Below are positions 60,348 through 64,000 of a stretch of DNA of 64,000 nucleotides, in pieces. The notes under the pieces were generated by a model, which worked only from the letters and a program-made list of their open reading frames with translations, made no database searches and was not told where the DNA came from. This DNA comes from an uncultured Acidimicrobiia bacterium (GTDB lineage Bacteria > Actinomycetota > Acidimicrobiia > Spongiisociales > ZC4RG35), in the NCBI GenBank assembly GCA_963772815.1, contig CAVYYV010000004.1, positions 15,418 to 79,417 on the forward strand, written 5' to 3'. Position 1 is the stretch's first letter. Each line of letters starts with the position of its first letter. The position numbers and the translations under genes were made by a program.

Positions 60348-61325
60348 TCATGGTGGATACGCCAATGTGTAGATGTGTCGGCCACCAGGCCGACGCGGAC
60401 CCTCGAGCACCGCTTCCACCTCTGCCCGGGGGCGCATGCTGACCTGGTCGATAGGCGGGAGGCTTCCGGCGGGGTACATAGCCATGATGTCGTTGACCAA
60501 CCGCTCCAGGTAGTCGAGTATGGCGTTGAGCCCGCCTCTCGCCTTTTCGGGATCCGCCAGCGTGGCGTCTCCTACCGTGCCCTCGGGGGTGGCGACGACC
60601 TCGAGCGGAGAGCCCCCCACCTGTTGCCAGAACGGAAGAGGCGCTTCTTTCAGGGGCAGAGCCGATCCGGACTTGTTGATGTGCCCGGGGGGTAGCAGCG
60701 GGGTGAAACTGGTCGTCTCGGCGTAGCGGAGGTCGATGAACTCCGGGAACAAGGCCATCGAAAACGAGGCTTCGCATTCGTCGCCGTGAATGAATTGGGT
60801 CTCGAATGGGCCGCCGTGTTGGACGTCGCGGATGTGCTCGGGGATCACGAACCACCAGTTGACGTTGACGAGTATGCACGGAACTTGATATTTCTTGCCG
60901 AACTGCTGCATGGCAGCCGGAATCACATAGTCCTGACCATGTCCGTTCAACAGGATCTGCTTGCGGAAGCCGGCGTTCCAGAAGCCGGCGATCACCGCTC
61001 GTAGGTAGGCGTTGAGCGTCTCCTCGGGGATGATGATGTTGCCCGGCATCCCGAGGTGATGGGAGGGATGGGACCCGTACCAGATGGGCTCCGCCACCGT
61101 GCAGCCGGTTCGTTGGGCGACCTGCTCCGCCTGGCGACTCACCAAGAAGGTGTCCTCACCCGGGTTCTGAGCCAGACCGTGCGACTCGGTGCTTCCGACC
61201 GGGATGATGATCAGGTCGTTCTCCTTGAGCCGGTCCTCGATCTGTTTGCCCGTCATCGTCTGGTAGTAGATGCCAGTCGGGCGCTCCATATGACCGCCGT
61301 CGGGGGGAATTCTCCACTCGCTCAC
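60348..61325 (-). CDS. Creatininase (creatinine amidohydrolase) family protein
   Basis: 'IIIPVGSTESHG' and 'LNGHGQDYV' motifs typical of the creatininase/ArfB/MftE family. Confidence 0.8.
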   Translation of the reverse strand: MSEWRIPPDGGHMERPTGIYYQTMTGKQIEDRLKENDLIIIPVGSTESHGLAQNPGEDTFLVSRQAEQVAQRTGCTVAEPIWYGSHPSHHLGMPGNIIIPEETLNAYLRAVIAGFWNAGFRKQILLNGHGQDYVIPAAMQQFGKKYQVPCILVNVNWWFVIPEHIRDVQHGGPFETQFIHGDECEASFSMALFPEFIDLRYAETTSFTPLLPPGHINKSGSALPLKEAPLPFWQQVGGSPLEVVATPEGTVGDATLADPEKARGGLNAILDYLERLVNDIMAMYPAGSLPPIDQVSMRPRAEVEAVLEGPRRPGGRHIYTLAYPP

Positions 61326-62425
61326 GAACCCTGCCCTTTCTGTCCGCTCGTCTTGTCGGCGTTGGGTTGTACCAACACCTTCAGTGCGCCGTCGATCCGT
61401 TGTGTGAATGTCTCATAGGCGAGGCCGAAGTCCGCCAACGGGAACCGATGGGTGGTGACGGTGTCGACATCGATCTTGCCCGCCGCGATGAGAGGGATCA
61501 CCTCCTCGCAGGTGCCGGGATTGGCCCGCACACCGTATAGGTCCATCTCTTCGATCACCATCCGGGCCAGGGGAAGCTCGGAACCCTCCATGGGCACGCC
61601 GATGAGCGCGACCCTTCCACCCTTCCGGGTCATCTCGATCGCCTCCCGGGTAGATGTGCCCCGAGCCGCGGTGTCGACGGTCATGTGCGCACCCTTGCCA
61701 TCGGTGAGATCCCGAACGGCCTGGGGCCCGTCGACCTCGGTGTTGTCGACCACGATGGCGCCCAGGGCGGAGGCGGTGTCGAGGCGTTGTCCCCGACCGA
61801 CCACGATCACCTGCGCCGCGCCCAGCTGGGCCGCGCATTGGGCGGCAAGCAGACCCTGTGCCCCCGATCCGACGATTGCCACCGTGTCGCCCGGCATCAC
61901 CTTGCCGCGCTTGACTGCATGCAAGGCGATGGAACTGGAATCCACCAAGGCGGCCTGCTCCAGAGTCATCGAGTCGGGGATTGGGAAGACCGACTTGATC
62001 GAACTGGCGTGGTATTGACGGAGGGCACCGGTGCTGTAGTGGCCGTAGTGGCGGTGGTTGCGCTCTTCGTGCCCGTAGTTGTCGCACAGCGTGTAGCGGC
62101 CGATGGCGCACATCCGGCAGTAGCCGCACCCTGAGTGCGCGGTCCCGGCCACTCGATCGCCAACCGCAAACCCGAAGTTTTCGCTCTTCTCGCCCAGTGC
62201 CACCACCTCGCCCGACCACTCGTGTCCCGGTGTGTAGGGATATGCCGCCGGCCAGCCCCTCTTGAGAAAGTTGCCCGAGACGATCTCCTTGTCGGTTCCA
62301 CAGATGGCCACCGAGTGCACTTTGCAGAGCACCTCGTAGGGGGCGGGGCTGGGAACCTCGACCGTTTGTATCTCGAACTGGTTGGGAGCGGTCAGGACGA
62401 GCGCATCCATCGAACCATCGGGCAT
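61322..62425 (-). CDS. Zinc-dependent alcohol/polyol dehydrogenase (MDR)
   Basis: 'VAICGTDKEI', 'GHEWSGEV', 'CGYCRMCAIGRYTLC', 'IVGSGAQGLL'. 4-nt overlap with the creatininase gene. Confidence 0.8.
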   Translation of the reverse strand: MPDGSMDALVLTAPNQFEIQTVEVPSPAPYEVLCKVHSVAICGTDKEIVSGNFLKRGWPAAYPYTPGHEWSGEVVALGEKSENFGFAVGDRVAGTAHSGCGYCRMCAIGRYTLCDNYGHEERNHRHYGHYSTGALRQYHASSIKSVFPIPDSMTLEQAALVDSSSIALHAVKRGKVMPGDTVAIVGSGAQGLLAAQCAAQLGAAQVIVVGRGQRLDTASALGAIVVDNTEVDGPQAVRDLTDGKGAHMTVDTAARGTSTREAIEMTRKGGRVALIGVPMEGSELPLARMVIEEMDLYGVRANPGTCEEVIPLIAAGKIDVDTVTTHRFPLADFGLAYETFTQRIDGALKVLVQPNADKTSGQKGQGS

Positions 62426-62589
62426 GTGTACTCCTTTGTCACCGCCGAACCGCCTTGGGAGGTATCGTCCGCGTACCCTCTTCGTGCGACCCCAAGGCTA
62501 CGGCACTGGCGGGTGATCGACCGGGCCGAAGGTCCCAACACGGCGGATAGCGTGTTGGCCGTCAAGCGAGTGATTGGAGATGGCAACCG

Positions 62590-63465
62590 GTGAAACTGGG
62601 ATGGATAGGGCTAGGAGACATGGGACAGGTGATCGTTCCCCGGTTGCTGGCTGCGGGGCACCAGGTCACCGGATGGAATCGAACGCAGTCCAAGGCCGAC
62701 CCGCTCCTCGAGGCAGGAATGGCCTGGGCGGAGTCACCGGGTGAGGTAGCGGCAGCCTCCGAGGTCGTCTTCTCGATGGTGACCGACGGTGCAGCCGTCT
62801 CCGCGGTGGCCGGCGGCGACAGCGGTGTCATAGCCGGCCTGTCACCGGGGGCGGTCTATCTCGACATGAGCACCATCGATCCTCTGGTGAGCCGGGAAAT
62901 GGCTGCAGCATTCCGGGAAAGAGGGCTGGCAATGCTCGACGCCCCGCTGTCGGGAAGCCCGGTGACGGTTCGCCAGGGCTCCGCTTCGACCATGGTCGGT
63001 GGAGACAGGGTGGCCTTCGAGAAGGTCGAGCCGGTGTTGCATGACATCGGATCAAAGGTCAGCTACATCGGGCCCTCAGGAACCGCCATGCAGATGAAGG
63101 TGGCGATAAACCTCACCCTCATAGTGGAGATGGTGGTGTTCTGCGAGTCAGTAGCGCTCGCCGAGAAGGGAGGCGTAGACCGGGAGGTTGCGGTCGATGC
63201 CATGCTGAAGAGCGTCGTGGCTTCACCGGTGATGGGTTATCGCGGTCCCTTCATCCTCGAGATGCCGGACAAGCCCTTGGCCAACGTAACGCTGCAGCAG
63301 AAGGACATGGTCCTCGCTTTGGAGGTAGCCCGACGTCAGGGCTCGCCGGCACCGCTGGGAGCCGTGGCCAACGAGTTGCTCAACGCTTGTCGGGGCCTGG
63401 GAATCGATCATCGTGACTTTGTGACGGTCATCGACGTCTATCACATGTTGTCGGGTGGGCGATGA
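62590..63465 (+). CDS. NAD(P)-dependent 3-hydroxyacid dehydrogenase (HIBADH / 2-hydroxy-3-oxopropionate reductase family)
   Basis: 'LGWIGLGDMGQVIVPRLLAAGHQVTGWNR'. GTG start. Confidence 0.8.
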   Translation: MKLGWIGLGDMGQVIVPRLLAAGHQVTGWNRTQSKADPLLEAGMAWAESPGEVAAASEVVFSMVTDGAAVSAVAGGDSGVIAGLSPGAVYLDMSTIDPLVSREMAAAFRERGLAMLDAPLSGSPVTVRQGSASTMVGGDRVAFEKVEPVLHDIGSKVSYIGPSGTAMQMKVAINLTLIVEMVVFCESVALAEKGGVDREVAVDAMLKSVVASPVMGYRGPFILEMPDKPLANVTLQQKDMVLALEVARRQGSPAPLGAVANELLNACRGLGIDHRDFVTVIDVYHMLSGGR

Positions 63466-63869
63466 CCGAGCGCCTTCACACCAGTCTCTCCCAGATTCCT
63501 CGTGTCGAGGGCCTGCGGGAAGATGAGGGCTGGATCAGCATGCAGGTCCAGTTCCTCATCGACAAGGCCACGGCGGGAACCGACGTTTTCCTGCTTGGAT
63601 GGACGGTTCTCCCGCCCGGAGCCCGCCACGATCGGCATCTGCACAGAAATGCCGACGAGTTCTTCGTGGTCCTGGCCGGATCGGGCCGGATCTATGTCGA
63701 TACTGGCAGCGAACCGGCCCAGACGGGGGACGTGGTCTGGACACCCCGCGGACGCATCCATGGATTCGACAACACCGGTGACGACGACGTTGTGCTCGTG
63801 TGGGGCTGGAGTGGTTGTGGGTCCCTAGAGGATTCCGGCTACGAAGTCGAGGACGAGACACCGAGATGA
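63462..63869 (+). CDS. Cupin-domain protein
   Basis: 'HDRHLHRNADEFFVVLAGSGRIYVD...GDVVWTPRGRIHGFDN'. ATGA overlap on both sides. Confidence 0.7.
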   Translation: MTERLHTSLSQIPRVEGLREDEGWISMQVQFLIDKATAGTDVFLLGWTVLPPGARHDRHLHRNADEFFVVLAGSGRIYVDTGSEPAQTGDVVWTPRGRIHGFDNTGDDDVVLVWGWSGCGSLEDSGYEVEDETPR

Positions 63870-64000
63870 CCGCTCCCTGGGAGGATCCCAGAGTCGAGGC
63901 GGGCCTGGGCCGGCAACTGGCAGTGCGGAGCCGGCTGCTGGATGGAGGTGCAGGACACGTCGGATGGAAGGTCGGGTTCGGTGCTCCCTCGGCCCTGGAA
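63866..64000 (+). CDS. Fumarylacetoacetate-hydrolase-family hydratase (2-oxopent-4-enoate hydratase-like), 5' part only (runs off window)
   Basis: 'RSRLLDGGAGHVGWKVGFGAPSALE' resembles the MhpD/FAH N-terminus. Truncated by the window end. Confidence 0.5.
   Translation, partial: MTAPWEDPRVEAGLGRQLAVRSRLLDGGAGHVGWKVGFGAPSALE

Noticed and set aside
60348-61325. Assigning the creatininase-family gene a definite creatinine amidohydrolase function
   Set aside because: The family also includes ArfB (F420/riboflavin deformylase) and MftE-type peptidases. Sequence alone does not discriminate.
1-64000. CRISPR arrays or cas genes
   Set aside because: No regularly spaced short direct repeats were seen. 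The repeated elements found are ~125 bp, dispersed and not arrayed.

Overview
This 64-kb window is GC-rich, densely coding DNA that looks like the chromosome of an actinobacterium. The evidence is several F420-linked enzyme families (two Ddn-like deazaflavin nitroreductases, three LLM-class oxidoreductases), a GYD protein, and a class-III cyclase-AAA-TPR-LuxR regulator of the type typical of mycobacteria/actinomycetes. I found no rRNA, tRNA or CRISPR array.

The window falls into five blocks.

- **1-9.8 kb.** Two large secreted or surface proteins (a CHRD-subtilase-PPC protease; a beta-helix/cadherin/SLH surface protein) and the cyclase-AAA-TPR-LuxR regulator.
- **10.1-13.5 kb.** A lower-GC island with two toxin-antitoxin / abortive-infection modules. 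One is an AbiEi/AbiEii pair in which the AbiEii carries an unusual C-terminal WYL-like extension. The other is a MazF-like toxin with an RHH antitoxin. The MazEF-like pair is bracketed by direct copies of a dispersed repeat element of about 125 bp. That element recurs at least six times in intergenic DNA across the window.
- **13.5-25 kb.** Three nucleotide-cyclase-type proteins, pseudogene debris, and a tandem diverged duplication of an XRE-HTH plus membrane-protein module. The second HTH copy is split by an internally deleted IS3-family element with a 4-bp target duplication.
- **25-41 kb.** A Mo-bisPGD (CISM-type) oxidoreductase operon with a fused FeS-NrfD subunit and a TorD-like chaperone. 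Also a DHDPS-like / ornithine-cyclodeaminase pair, and a near-identical inverted partial copy of that cyclodeaminase gene 10 kb away that truncates an LLM gene.
- **41-64 kb.** Catabolic genes, including an 8-gene minus-strand operon (creatininase-family, creatinase-like M24, PEP-utilising enzyme, PfkB kinase, class-II aldolase, HMGL-like, two dehydrogenases) and a palindrome, GCAATCGATTGC, present before three transcription units.

At least five otherwise intact-looking genes carry apparent frameshifts. That points either to indel errors in the assembly or to ongoing gene decay.

The most novel-looking features are the AbiEii-WYL fusion inside a repeat-flanked TA island and the dispersed repeat family itself.
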